A stretch of 64,000 nt of DNA from Mobula hypostoma (Eukaryota). A model generated the notes under the pieces. The model saw nothing but the letters and a program-made list of their open reading frames with translations, ran no database searches and had not been told where the DNA came from. Of this stretch, positions 13,081-25,692 are shown in pieces; the first letter of the stretch is position 1; each line of letters starts with the position of its first letter. A program made the translations under genes and the position numbers. The stretch covers positions 15,686,001-15,750,000 of the forward strand of contig NC_086108.1 in assembly GCF_963921235.1 (NCBI RefSeq). Reading direction: 5' to 3'.

Positions 13081-13582
13081 TTTTCTGAGTCAAATGGGTG
13101 CCGTAACCTACGCAAGTGGCCTACGCGTATTGTGAGCATTTATACTTGTGCGTTGGTGTGTCTGCGTCGCTCTGCAATTTGGGCATGTCGTACATGCGCA
13201 CAGACCTGCCCGTGCAAGGCTTCATGTTCATGGTAGTCTTTCTTGGGGTAAACAAGTTTAAAGCAAGCATCTTTTTTCGTAAAAGCGAAATGTGTCCTCC
13301 ACAATTTCGGAGGTCTATAAAGCTTTATGGAAAGCATTGCAGCCAGAGTTCCTTCCCTGCCCTTCAGTCGCCCAATGGGAAGCTATTGCGGTGTAGGAGG
13401 AAATGCGATGCTACCAAGGGGACTAATCACAGTAGTTGCGGTCTGCGTTGCTGCGACATGTAGTTACATTTTGGGAGAGGTGCGTGTCAGGCTACGGCGT
13501 AGGGATCCATGTAGGCTCTGTGTAGGGTTCGCGGCGATGCCGTACCTACAGCGTTGATTTGACACAAAGTCTAAATCAGCCT
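13081..13582 (+). mobile_element. Non-autonomous PIF/Harbinger element (left TIR eroded)
   Basis: It shares long blocks with 25693-26403 ([24 protein letters not shown] segment). The right end ...AAATCAGCCT is followed by TTA. Confidence 0.85.
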
Positions 13583-13764
13583 TTAGGGGAGCAGATAGGA
13601 GGTTTTATGGACAAGATTGAGATTCCTGGATGGTATGTTGCCTCCCAGGTTCCAGGTTCAGAGACATCTCAGATCAAGTCCATAGCACTCTTTAGTGGGA
13701 GAGTGAGCAGCCAGAGGTCGTGTTCCACGTAGCTACCAAAAACATGGCTAGGAAGAATGACAAG

Positions 13765-14607
13765 TGTTACGTACCCCATAACTGGGTTGCCAAACCAGCA
13801 GAAATGGATCACTCAGTTGGAGTCTGGAGTACTAGAACTAAGAAAGTTTTATTAAAGAAACAAGCAACACAGTAATCGAAAGGATAATAAATGCAACAGT
13901 TCAGCGATGATAAACACACATGTGCACAGAATTAAGATAACAGCATCAATCAAGCTCTATCGTTGTCTAGGGGTAAATGACCAAATTTCAAAGTGACTCA
14001 AAGTTCAGTTCGCAGTAATCGTTGCCATGGCGATGGACAACGTTGGGGAAGAGAGAGATAGAACAGGAACAACTGATCATTCAGAACGGCTTCACTCACA
14101 GACCGGCGAGATTGCTCACAAGCAACTTTTGGGCGGGTCCTTGGTGATGTCACCTGAGGTCACCAACTGTGACCCCTCCTCCAGATGCGGTCGATCCTCT
14201 GCAGTGAACCTGGCACCCAGGCAAGGGCGGACACACACCGGGTTCCTGCTGATCGTACCTTTCCACCCTGGTCGTTGTCTGATACTTCTCACCCACTCGT
14301 GAGAGGCGCACCGCTTCCAGGGTCTCGTTACCTCGGGTGGCGTGTGTGTGTGCCTTAGCGAACCGGTCCCTTTTTATCCCCCTGCTGGGGTATCGCCTGT
14401 CCATCACTTCAAACAGTTCAAGGTTCAAAGGGGGGAGCCGCTCCAGACAGCTCTCTCTCCCCCGTTCCTTCATTACACATCTCCAGACGTTGCTCCATTG
14501 TTCCTTATCTCTCCTTCCCCTGAGGGCAGGTGGCAGACCACTTGCTGATGTCACTGATGCTAACCCAGGCCAGCAAACATCTTAATTTTATGTGTATTCT
14601 CGTCACA
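13765..14607 (-). mobile_element. Solo LTR (843 bp), probably Gypsy-type
   Basis: Termini are TGTTACG...CGTCACA with a 4-bp TSD CAAG (13761-13764, 14608-14611). The minus strand has AATAAA at 13848-13853 and a TATA-like ATAAAAA at 14371-14377. It interrupts CR1 ORF1. Confidence 0.9.
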
Positions 14608-15940
14608 CAAGGTCTTGCAAAATAAGTTCATGGAGTTAGGTGCTAAGTTAAAGGACAGGATCTCCAGGGTTGTGATCTCAGGATTGTTACCTGTGTCACA
14701 TTCTCGTGAGACCAGAAATAGGAAGATCATACAGTTTTAACACATGGCTGAGGAATTGGTGTAGGAGGGAGGGAGTCAGATTTTTGGATCATTGGGATCT
14801 CTACCAAGAAAGGTGGATCTGTACAGGTGGGACAGTTTGTACCTGAACTGGAGGGAGATGAATATCCTAGCTGGAAGGTTTGCTAGTGCTGTATTTTTTG
14901 GTGGTGGGGGGGGGGGGTGGTAAGGGTGGTTGCAGATGGATGGATTTTAAACTAGAATTACAGGCTGATGGGAACCATAGTGCCAGAGCAGACAGGAGCA
15001 GAGGAGTCGTTATGGGGAAAGAAGATGTTTTTAAGCCTACATGCAATGTGTGCATAGCACTTTTTGAGGACAATTGAAGGGTTGAGAATGGTGGGTCTAA
15101 TGTTCTGAGTTATGTATATTTCAATGCAAGGTGTATTGTAGGAAAGGCAGATGAGCTTAGGGTATAGATCAGCACGTGGTGTTATCACATTGTAGCAATT
15201 ATACTGAAGCTATGTTGATGGAACTGAGAAATAAGAAGGGATAACCACATTAATGGGGACCGTTGTTAAGAAGAAGGGGGTATATAGCAGGTATAGGTAG
15301 GAAGATGCAAATGAGATATTGAGTGTATGATATGCAAGAGGACACTTAAGAAGGAAATCAAGAGAACTAAAAGAAGGCATGAGATTACTCTAGCATATAA
15401 GGTGAAGGAGAATTCTGAGGGATTCTACAGATATGTAAAGAACAAAATGATAGCAAGAGACATAATTGTTCCTCTGGAAATTCAGAGTGGTAATCTATGC
15501 ATGGAGCTGAAAGTGATGGGGGAGATCTTAAATGGATACGTTGCATCTATATTTATGTGGGAGGCGAACACAGTCTATAGAAGTCAAAATAGCAGTGAGG
15601 CCATGTACCTCATGCAGATTATAGAGGAGGAAGTGTTTGGTGTCTTGAGGCAAATTAGAGTGAATAAGCCCCCAGAGCCTGACAAGATGTTCCTTCAGAC
15701 CTTGGAGGAGGCTAGAGCAGAGGTTGCAAGGACCCTAGCAAAAACGTCTTTAGCAACAAGTGAAGTGCTGGAGGATTGGAGAATAGCTACGGTTATTCCT
15801 CTGTTTAACAAAAGCTCGAAGAACAAACCAGGAAATTATAGTCCGATGAGCCTAACATCAGTAGTGGGTGAGTTATTGGAAGGTTTTCTAAGGGACTGGA
15901 TATATAAGTATTTAGGTAGACAAGGGCTCATTAGGGATAA

Positions 15941-18900
15941 GACCATAAGACAAAGGAGCAGAAGTAGGCCATTCGGCCCATCGAGTCTGCCCCGCCATTT
16001 TGTCATGAGCTGATCCATTTTCTCCTATTTAGTCCCACTCCCCTGCCTTCTCACCATAACCTTTGATGCCCTGGCTACTCAGATACCTATCAATCTCTGC
16101 CTTAAATACACCCAATGACTTGGCCTCCACTGCTGCCCGTGGCAACAAATTCCATAGATTCACCACCCTCTGACTAAAAAAATTTCTTCGCATTTCTGTT
16201 CTGAAAGGGCGCCCTTCAATCCTTAAGTCATGCCCTCTCGTACTAGACTCCCCCATCATGGGAAACAACTTTGCCACATCCACTCTGTCCATGCCTTTTA
16301 ACATTCGAAATGTTTCTATGAGGTCTCCCCTCATTCTTCTAAACTCCAAGGAATACAGTCCAAGAGCGGACAAACGTTCCTCATATGTTAACCCCCTCAT
16401 TCCCGGAATCATTCTAGTGAATCTTCTCTGTACCCTCTCCAACGTCAGCACATCCTTTCTTAAATAAGACCAAAACTGCCCACAGAACTCCAAGTGAGGT
16501 CTCACCAGCGCCTTATAGAGCCTCAACATCACATCCCTGCTCCTATACTCTATTCCTATAGAAATGAATGCCAACATTGCATTCGCCTTCTTCACTACTG
16601 ACTCAACCTGGAGGTTAACTTTAAGGGTATCCTGTACGAGGACTCCCAAGTCCCGTTGCATCTCAGAACTTTGAATTCTTTCCCCATTTAAATAATAGTC
16701 TGCCTGTTTATTTTTTCTGCCAAAGTGCATAATCATACACTTTCCAACATTGTACTTCATTTGCCACTTCTCTGCCCATTCTTCCAATCTATCCAAGTCT
16801 CTCTGCAGACTCTCCGTTTCCTCAGCACTACCGGCCCCTCCACCTATCTTCGTGTCGTCGGCAAACTTAGCTACAAAGCCATCTATTCCATAATCCAAAT
16901 CGTTGATGTACAATGTAAAAAGAAGCAGCCCCAACACCGATCCCTGTGGAACACCACTGGTAACCAACAACCAGAATAGGATCCCTTTATTCCCACTCTC
17001 TGTTTCCTGCCAATCAGCCAACGCTCTATCCACGTATGTAACTTTCCCGTAATTCCATGGGCTCTTATCTTGTTAAGTAGCCTCATGTGTGGCACCTTGT
17101 CAAAGGCCTTCTGAAAATCCAAATATACAACATCCACTGCATCTCCCTTGTCTAGCCTACTGGTAATTTCCTCAAAAAATTGTAATAGGTTTGTCAAGCA
17201 GGATTTTCCTTTAAGGAATCCATGCTGAGTTCTGCCTATTTTGTCATATGCCTCCAGGTACTCTGTAACCTCATCCTTGACAATCGACTCCAACAACTTC
17301 CCAACCACCGATGTCAAGCTAACAGGTCTATAATTTCCTTTTTGCTTCCTTGCCCCCTTCTTAAATAGCGGAGTGACATTTGCAATCTTCCAGTCCTCCA
17401 GAACCATGCCAGAATCTATCGACTTTTGAAAGATCATCGCTAATGCCTCCACAATCTGCACAGCTACTTCCTTCAGAACACGAGGGTGCATTCCATCTGG
17501 TCCAGGAGATTTATTGACCTTTAGCCTATTCAGCTTCCTGAGTACTTTCTCTGTCGTAATTTTGACTGCGCACACTTCTCTTCCCTGCCACCCTTGAGTG
17601 TCCAGTATATTGCTGATGTCTTCCTCAGTGAAGACTGATGTAAAATACTCGTTCAGTTCCTCTGCCATCTCCTTATCTCCAATTACAATTTCTCCAACAT
17701 CATTTTCTATTGGTCCTATATCTACTCTCACCTGTCTTTTACTCTTTATATACTTGAAAAAGCTCTTAGTATCCTCTTCGATATTATTTGCTAGCTTCCT
17801 TTCATAGTTAATCTTTTCTCTCTTAATGACCTTCTTGGTTTCCTTTTGTAAGGTTTTAAGAACTTCCCAATCCTCTATCTTCCCACTAATTTTTGCTTCT
17901 TTGTATGCCCTCTCTTTTGCTTTAACTTTGGCTTTGACTTCTCTTGTCAACCACGGTTGCATCCTTTTTCCACTCGAAAATTTCTTCTTTTTTGGAATAT
18001 ACCTGTCTTGCACATTCCTCATTTCTCGCATAAACTCCAGCCACTGCTGCTCTGCTGTCTTTCCCGCCAGTGTCTCTTTCCAGTCAACTTTGGCCAGTTC
18101 CTCTCTCATGCCACTGTAATTTCCTTTACTCCACTGAAATACCGACACATCAGATTTTGGCTTCTCTTTTTCTAATTTCACAGTGAACTCAATCATGTTA
18201 TGATCACTGCCTCCTAAGGGTTCCTTCACCCTAATCTCTCCAATCACCTCCCGTTCATTACACAATACCCAATCCAGTACAGCCGATTCCCTAGTAGGCT
18301 CAACAACAAGCTGTTCTAAAAAGCCATCTCGCAGACATTCTACAAATTCTCTCTCTTGAGATCCAGTGCTGACCTGATTTTCCCAATCTACTCGCATTTT
18401 AAAATCCCCCACAATTATCATAACACTGCCCTTCTGACAAACCTTTTCTATTTCCAGTTGTAATTTGTGGTCCACATCCCTGCAGCTGTTTGGAGGCCTA
18501 TTAATAACTGCCATCAGGGTCCTTTTACCCCTGCTATTTCTTAGCTCAACCCATAAAGATTCTGCACCTTCCGATCCTATATCACCTCTTTCTAATGATT
18601 TAATATCATTTCTTACCAATAAAGCCACGCCTCCCCCTCTGCCTACCTTCCTATCCTTCCGATACACCGTGTATCCTTGGATGTTCAGCTCCCAGAGACA
18701 TGCATCCTTTAGCCACGTCTCAGTGATGGCCACAATATCTGCCATTCTGTAGCTGTACAACAAGATCATCCACCTTATTCCTTATGCTGCGTGCATTTAA
18801 GTACAACACCTTAAGACCAGTATTTGATACTTATTGCTTTGATTTCACTGCAACTTTATTGCACTGCAACTCATCCCAATGGCTACAAATGTGCCCCATC

Positions 18901-18999
18901 ACCTGCCTGTCTTTCCTGACATCTTTACTGCTCACTATCTTAGATTTATTTCTGTTTTCCCCTTCCTCCACTCTATCATTTCGGTTCCCATCCCCCTGC
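15941..18999 (-). mobile_element. Young CR1 LINE with nearly complete ORF2 (AP endonuclease + reverse transcriptase), few small deletions
   Basis: The 628-aa and 334-aa ORFs contain AITETWL, IVGDF, LDWVL, SDHNMI, YLDFQKAFDKV, PQGSVLG and FADD. The tail is ACCATAAGAC. Frameshifts occur at ~16965 and ~18740. Confidence 0.97.
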
Positions 19000-19414
19000 G
19001 TATGATAGGTCATGTCTAACCGATCTTAGAGTTTTTTGAGGAAGTTGCCAGGAAACTTGATGAAGGGAAGCCAGTGGATGTTGTCTCCATGGACTTAGCA
19101 AGGCATTTGACGAGGTCCTGCAAGAAGGTTCAGTTGCTTGTTTTTCAAAATAAGGTAATAAATTGGATTACACATTGGGTTTACAGGAGAAGCTCGACAG
19201 TGGTAGTAGATGGTTGCCTCACTGACTAGAGGCCTGTGATGAGTGGAGTGCTGCAGGGATCAGTGCTGTGTGTGGCCATTGCTGTTTATCATCGAAATTA
19301 ATGATCTAGATGATGTGGTAAACTTGATCAGCAGATTTGTGGATGGCACCAAGATTTGGAGATGTACTGGCTAGCAAGGAAGGCAATTGAAGCTTGATAA
19401 CCTTTTCTAGCTGG

Positions 19415-20330
19415 ATACCCATGACTGTGTGGCTAGGCATAGCTCAAATGCCATCTATAAATTTGCTGATAATATAACCGTTGGCAGATTCTCAGGTGGA
19501 GATGAGAGGGCATACAGGAGCAAGATTACCAGCTAGTTGAGTGGTGTCGCAGCAGCGACCTTATACTCAATGTCGGTAAGACCAAAGAGCTGATTGTGGA
19601 CTTCAGAAAGGGTAGGATAAGAGATCACGAAACAATCCTCATAGAGGGATCAGAAGTGGAGAAAGTGAGCAATTTCAAGTTGCTGGGTGTCAAAATCTCT
19701 AAGGATCTAACCTGGTCCCAATATATTGATGTAGTTATAAAGAAGGCAAGACAGTGACTATATTTCATTAGGAGTTTGAGGAGATTTGGTTTGTCACTTA
19801 AAACGCTTGAAAACTTCTACAGATGTACCATGGAGAGCACACTGACAGACTGCATCACGGTCTGGTATGGTGGTGGGGGCCTACTGCACAGGATCGAAAG
19901 AAGCTAGTTATAAAGTTAGTCAGCTCCATTTTGGGTACCAGCCTCTGTAGTATCCAAGGAGTGGTGTCTCAGAAAGGCGGTGTCCTTCATTAAGAACCCC
20001 CATCACCCAGGCCTTGCCCACTTCTCATTTGTCCCATCAGGAAGGAGGTACAGAAGCCTGAAGGTGCACACTCAGTAATTCAGGAACAGCTTCTTCCCCT
20101 CTGCCATCCGATTCCTAACTGAACATTGAACCCATGGACACTACCTCACTTTTGTTATTTCTGTTTTGGCACTATTTTTAATTTAGCTATTTAATACACA
20201 TCTATATACTTCCTATAATTGATCTACTTAATTTTTCGTATATTGTTATGTATTGCATTGAACTGCTGCCACTAAATTAACAAATTTAACAACATATGCC
20301 AGTGATATTAAACCTGATTCTAACTCTGGT
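19415..20330 (+). mobile_element. Rex1/Babar LINE 3' fragment
   Basis: It is colinear with 8715-9660 (CATGACTGTGTGGCTAGGCA...AAACCTGATTCT). Confidence 0.9.
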
Positions 20331-20485
20331 TCTGAACCAGTTGGATAAATGAGCTGAAAAATGGTACATGGAATCTAATGGAGACAGGTATGAGGTATTG
20401 CACTGTGGGAGGACAAACCAGGATAAGATTTACACAGTGAACAGTATATTGTGGAGTGTGGTAGACAGAGGAATCTGGAAATTTA

Positions 20486-22077
20486 CAAACCCCATTTCCA
20501 GAAAAGTTGGGATATTTTCCAAAATGCAATAAAAACAAAAATCTGTGATATGTTAATTCACGTGAACCTTTATTTAACTGACAAAAGTGCAAAGAAAAGA
20601 TTTTCAGTAGTTTTACTGACCAACTTAATTGTATTTTGTAAATATACACAAATTTAGAATTTGATGGCTGTAACACACTCAACAAAAGTTGGGACAGAGT
20701 TAAAATAGGATTGAAAAGTGCACAGAATATTCAAGTAACACCGGTTTGGAAGACTCCACATTAAGCAGGCTAATTGGTAGCAGGTGAGGTATCATGACTG
20801 GGTATAAAAGTAGCGTCCATCAAAGGCTCAGTCTTTGCAAGTAAGGATGGGTCGTGGCTCACGCCTTTGTGCCAAAATTCATGAGAGAATTGTTAGTCAG
20901 TTCAAAAGGAACATTTCTCAACGCAAGATTGCAGAGAATTTAGGTCTTTCAACATCTACAGTATGTAATATTGTGAAAAGATTCAGGGAATTCAGAGACA
21001 TCTCAGTGCGTAAAGGGCAAGGTCGGAAACCACTGTTGAATGCACGTGATCTTCGAGCCCTCAGGCAGCACTGCCTAAGAAACCGTCATGCTACTGTGAC
21101 CTGGACTCGGGAGTACTTCGGAAAACCATTGTCACTCAGCACAGTCCATCGCTGCATCCAGAAATGCAACTTGAAACTGTATTACGCAAGGAGAAAGCCA
21201 TACATCAACTCTATACAGAAACGCCGGCGAGTTCTCTGGGCCCTGAGCTCATCTCAGATGGACCAAGAGACCGTGGAACCGTGTGCTGTGGTCAGATGAT
21301 TCCACATTTCAGCTAGTTTTCGGAAAAAACGGGTGTCGAGTTCTCCGTGCCAAAGATGAAAACGACCATCCAGATTGTTATCAGCGAAAGGTGCAAAAGC
21401 TAGCATCTGTGATGGTATGGGGTGCATCAGTGCCCACGTCATGGGTGGGTTGCATGTATGTGAAGGTACCATTGACTCTGAGGCGTATATTAGGATTTTA
21501 GAGAGACATATGCTGCCATCAAGGCGACGTCTCTTCCCAGGACGTCCATGCTTATTTCAGCAGGACAATGCCAGACCATATTCTGCACGGGCTACAACAG
21601 CGTGGCTTTGTAGACACAGAGTGCGTGTGCTTGACTGGCCTGCTGCCAGTCCAGATCTATCTCCTATTGAAAATGTATGGCTCATCATGAAGAGGAGAAT
21701 CAGACAACGGAGACCACGGACTGTTGAGCAGCTGAAGTCTTATATCAAACAAGAATGGACAAAATTTCCAATTGCAAATCTACTACAGTTAGTATCCTCA
21801 GTTCCAAAACGATTAAAAAGTGTTATTAAAAGGAAAGATGATGTAACACAATGGTAAACATGCCTCTGTCCCAACTTTTGTTGAGTGTGTTGCAGCCGTC
21901 AAATTCTCAATTTGTGTATGTTTACAAAATACAATTAAGTTGGTCAGTAAAACTATTGAAAACCTTTTCTTCGTACTTTCGTCAGTTAAATAAAGGTTCA
22001 CGTGAATTAACACATCACAGATTTTTGTTTTTATTGCATTTTGGAAATTATCCCAACTTTTCTGGAAATGGGGTTTG
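20486..22077 (+). mobile_element. Full-length Tc1-family (IR/DR type) DNA transposon, 1592 bp
   Basis: There is a TA TSD on both sides. The 214-bp inverted repeats (20486-20699 / 21864-22077) carry AAAAGTTGGGA direct repeats at their outer and inner ends. TATAAAA lies at 20803. Confidence 0.97.
20847..21857 (+). pseudogene. Tc1 DD34E transposase, frameshifted
   Basis: A paired-like HTH (ISQRKIAENLGLSTSTVCNIVKRF) is followed by WSDDS, FQQDNA and SPDLSPIENVW, with 34 residues between the second D and the E. It is spread over three frames. Confidence 0.95.
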
Positions 22078-22424
22078 TAGATCTATAATTTCTTGAAAAT
22101 GGTGTCACAGGAAGGTAGGATCATGAAGAGAATGTCTAGCACTTTGGGCTTCATAAATCAAAGTATTGAGTACAGGAGTCCGGACGTTATGTTGAAGTTC
22201 TATAAGACATTGGTGAGGCCTAATTTGAAGTATTGTGTCTAGTTCTGGTCAGCTACTTACAGGAACGTTATCTGTAAGATTGAAAGAGTGCAGGGAAAAT
22301 TTACAAGGATTGCCAGGACTTGACCTGAGTTATAGGGAAAGGCTGAATAGTTTAGGACTTTATTCCCTAGAGCGCAGGAGATTGAGGGGAGATTTGATAG
22401 AGGTATACTGAATTATGAAGGGTA

Positions 22425-23968
22425 CAGGTGTCCCCTGCTTTTCGAACGTTCACTTTACAATACCTCGCTGTTACGAAAGACCTACATTAGTTACCTGTTT
22501 TCGCTAACAGAAGGTGTTGTCACTGTTACGAAAAAAGACAGCACGCAAAAAGAGGCAGCGCGTGCCCCGAGCAGCCAAGCTCCTCCCCCAGAACTGCATT
22601 CTAGCCGGCATTGCTTAAACATGTGCCTGTGAGCATCAGTGCTTTATGTTGATTTATCTTAAGCATCCGTTAGCAAGATGAGTTCTAAGGGATCGGAAAA
22701 GCCTAGAAGAGCTCGTAAGGATGTTACACTTAGTGTAAAACTAGACATAATTAAGCTTTTCAATCGTGGTGAACGAAATAAGGACAAAGTGAGTTTGACT
22801 TGTGAAAGTTGACGAAGATGATGTTGAAGAGGTTTTGGCATCCCATGACCAAGAACTGATAGATGAAGAACTGATGCAATTGGAAGAGGAAAGGATAACA
22901 ATCGAAACCGACTGCAGAAGCGAACAGACCGAAAGTAAAGTCATCCAGGAACTGAACGTGAAGCAACTGCGTGAGATTTTCGCTGCAATGATTGCAGAAA
23001 AGTACGACTTTAATTTTGAAAGGGTACGTAGGTTTAGAGCATACTTGCAGGATGGTTTGAATGCTTACAAAGAACTGTATGATAGAAAAATGCGCAAGGC
23101 TAAGCAGTCAAGCATACTGTCGTTCTTCAAGCCTTCCACATCAGCCACAGCAGACGACGAACCTTGACTTTCGACATCGAGGCAGGCAGACATAGAAGAA
23201 GATGACTTGCCTGCCCTGATGGAAACAGACGACGATGAGATGACACCCCACTGTCCCACCACTCCAACCTCCAGGCCGCGGACCGATACATTGCCAAGAA
23301 AAATGCAGTGGTGCAGCAGTAGCCGGGACGTACCCAGCACGTCTTTAAGAAAAAAGCCGAAATAAACAAACTAGTTAATTAGGGGCCGGATGGCACCTAA
23401 TTAATTAGCTTGTTTATTTCGGCTTTTTTCTTAAAGATGTGCTGGATGTGTCCCGGCTACCATTGCATCCCTGCATGCTTCGCGGATCGGTATCGGTTCG
23501 CGGTCTGGAGGTTGGGGACCACTGCATCACCCCAACCTCCGATGACTCAGCCTAACACACCATCATCAGTGTGCTCGGCGCTGTCTTCCGATTCCGGTAT
23601 AGGCTGTGTATTTTTATGTGTTATTTGGTATGATTTGGCAGCTTCATAGCTTAAAGGTTATTGGAGAGAGTGTTTCTGCCGAGAGCACTTGCGTGAACGG
23701 TGGACAGTGCAGCAATGATTGTAGAAAAGTATTTCCACTCTATATAGGCTGTGTATTTATCATATCATTCCTGCTTTTACTATATGTTACTGTTATTTTA
23801 GGTTTTATGTGTTATTTGGCATGATTTGGTAGGTCATTTTTTGGGTTTGTGAGCGCTCACAAATTTTTCCCATATAAATAAATGGTAATTGCTTCTTCAC
23901 TTTACGACATTCCGGCTTACGAACTGTTTCATAGGAACGCTCTACCTTCGGATGGCAGGGGAGACCTG
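22425..23968 (+). mobile_element. Tigger/pogo-like non-autonomous transposon (internally deleted transposase)
   Basis: Termini are TA|CAGGTGTCCCC...GGGGAGACCTG|TA. The N-terminal CENP-B-like RKDVTLSVKLDIIKLFNRGE (from ATG 22678) is joined to an acidic C-terminus ending KQSSILSFFK. There is no DDD domain. Confidence 0.92.
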
Positions 23969-25692
23969 TATAGATAGGGTAAATATAAACAGGCTTTTTC
24001 CTCCATTGAGATTGGGTGAGACAAGAACTAGAAGTCAAGGGTGGAAGTTGAAATGTTTAAGGGGAACGTGAGGGGGAGCTTCTTCACTTAGAGGGGTGAG
24101 AGTGTGGATTAAAGCCACTCGTAGAAGTAGCGGATGTGGGTCTGATTCCAACATTTAAGAGAAATTTGGATAGGTACATGGATGGGAGGGTAATGGAGGC
24201 CTATGAACTGGGTGCAGGTCGACGGGACTAGGCAGAATAACAGTTCAGCACAGATTAGATGGGTCAATTGACCTGTTCTATGACTCTATTAAAACTTAAG
24301 GAATTTAATCGCTCTTCCCTAATTGTTCTCCTACTGAAAGGTCAGTCACCTGGTCAGGCTCATTACCCAACACCAGATCGGTATTACTCCTCCTCTTGTG
24401 CTATTTACATATTAAATTAAGAAATCCACACAAAATTGCTGGGGGAACTCAGCAAGTCAGGCAGCATTTATGGAGAGGAATAAAGAGTCAGCATTTTGGG
24501 ACGAGACTCGTCATCTTCATCAGGTCTATTCTTGTCCATCTCTCACCAAGTCTGTATTATGGCTGTAGCATCATAGTTCCATATACCGATCTATGCTCTA
24601 AGTTCATCACCCTTACCCATAATACCCCAGCATTAGTTCACGCACTTCAACCTGTCTGTCCCATTGTGTCAATTACTTTGGTCTGACTGAGCATGATATC
24701 CACCTTCCTCTCACTTTCTGACCTAGCTTTCTGGTTCCCAGTTTTACTAAAGGTTACTCAAGCCTGTCCTGGAATTCAACATGATCATGGATTGATCTGT
24801 CCCCAGACTCTTCTCCTCTTCTGTTTCAGTTCCCCAAAACCCTCAATCCCCCAATCTTTCAAAAAAGTATTACTTCATCCTTAAGTACTTCCAGTAATCT
24901 TGCCTCCACAATACTGCAGGTTAGTGAATTCTAGAAATTCACCAGCTTCTATGTCTCTTCATTTGAGATTCCCACAGATGGAAAGGTTAACCTTATTCTC
25001 CTAAACTGGAAGAAGGAATAAAACTACACCTGGTCAAATCCCCGCAGCATCTGGTGACCCTGTAACCTCTGTTTCGGAAACTGTCGTCAGAACATCTTTC
25101 ATGAAGGTAAACTTTTTCAAGGAGTCAGGCTCTGAAGGTATGCCTAGTAGGGCAATGAAAACTTGTGCCAACCAACTGGTGGGAGTGTTCAAAGACATCC
25201 TCAATCTCTCACTGCTGCAGTGGGACATTCCCACCTATTTCAAAAGGGCAGGTTGAGCTGCCTCAATGACTGTCGCCCAGTGGCACTCACATCTATTGTG
25301 CTGAAGTGATATGAGAGTTTGGCCATGGCCAGAATCAATTCCTGCTTAAGCAAGGACCTGGGCCCACTGCAATTTGCCCATTGTCACAAGAAGTCTACAG
25401 CAGATGCAATCTCACTGGCTCTCCTGTCAGCTTTGGATCACCTGGACAATAGCAATACCTACATCAGGCCGCTATTTAATGATTACATTGATTACAACTC
25501 AGCATTCAACGCCATCATACCCTCAAAAGCCTGGGCTTCTGTTCCTCAGTCTGGAACTGGATCCTTCACTGCCTCATTGGGAGACCACAGTCTGTGCAAA
25601 TTGGGAAAAACAACTCCTCCTCTCTGACAGTCAGCACTGACACACCTCAGGGATGCATGCTTGGTTCACTGCTGTACTGTCTCTACACCTAA

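Larger units (their letters stand above)
12440..19395 (+). mobile_element. Old near-full-length CR1 LINE (5' UTR, ORF1 zinc finger/leucine zipper + SGNH esterase, internally deleted ORF2) split by three younger insertions
   Basis: ORF1 reads VECFSCRMWE...YTCKKCIQLL...LELEL (12624-12986), with IGDS-, CCLPG- and SRVVISGLLPV-like esterase remnants. A YFNAR-like ORF2 start lies at ~15110 and an RT-proximal ORF at 15327-15940. The element resumes at ~19000 with RSCLT...FFEEV. Confidence 0.85.
20335..24290 (+). mobile_element. Old CR1 3' portion hosting the Tc1 and Tigger insertions
   Basis: CR1-like sequence at 20335-20485, 22078-22424 and 23969-24290 rejoins across both TA duplications. Confidence 0.8.

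Noticed and set aside
14027..14585. Overlapping ORFs of 68-134 aa
   Set aside because: They lie within a solo LTR and have no recognisable domains; they are likely chance ORFs in GC-richer DNA.
16029..18769. Functional retron/DGR-like or host reverse transcriptase gene
   Set aside because: It is a standard CR1 ORF2 with an endonuclease domain, frameshifts, a 3' tail and multiple dispersed paralogous copies.
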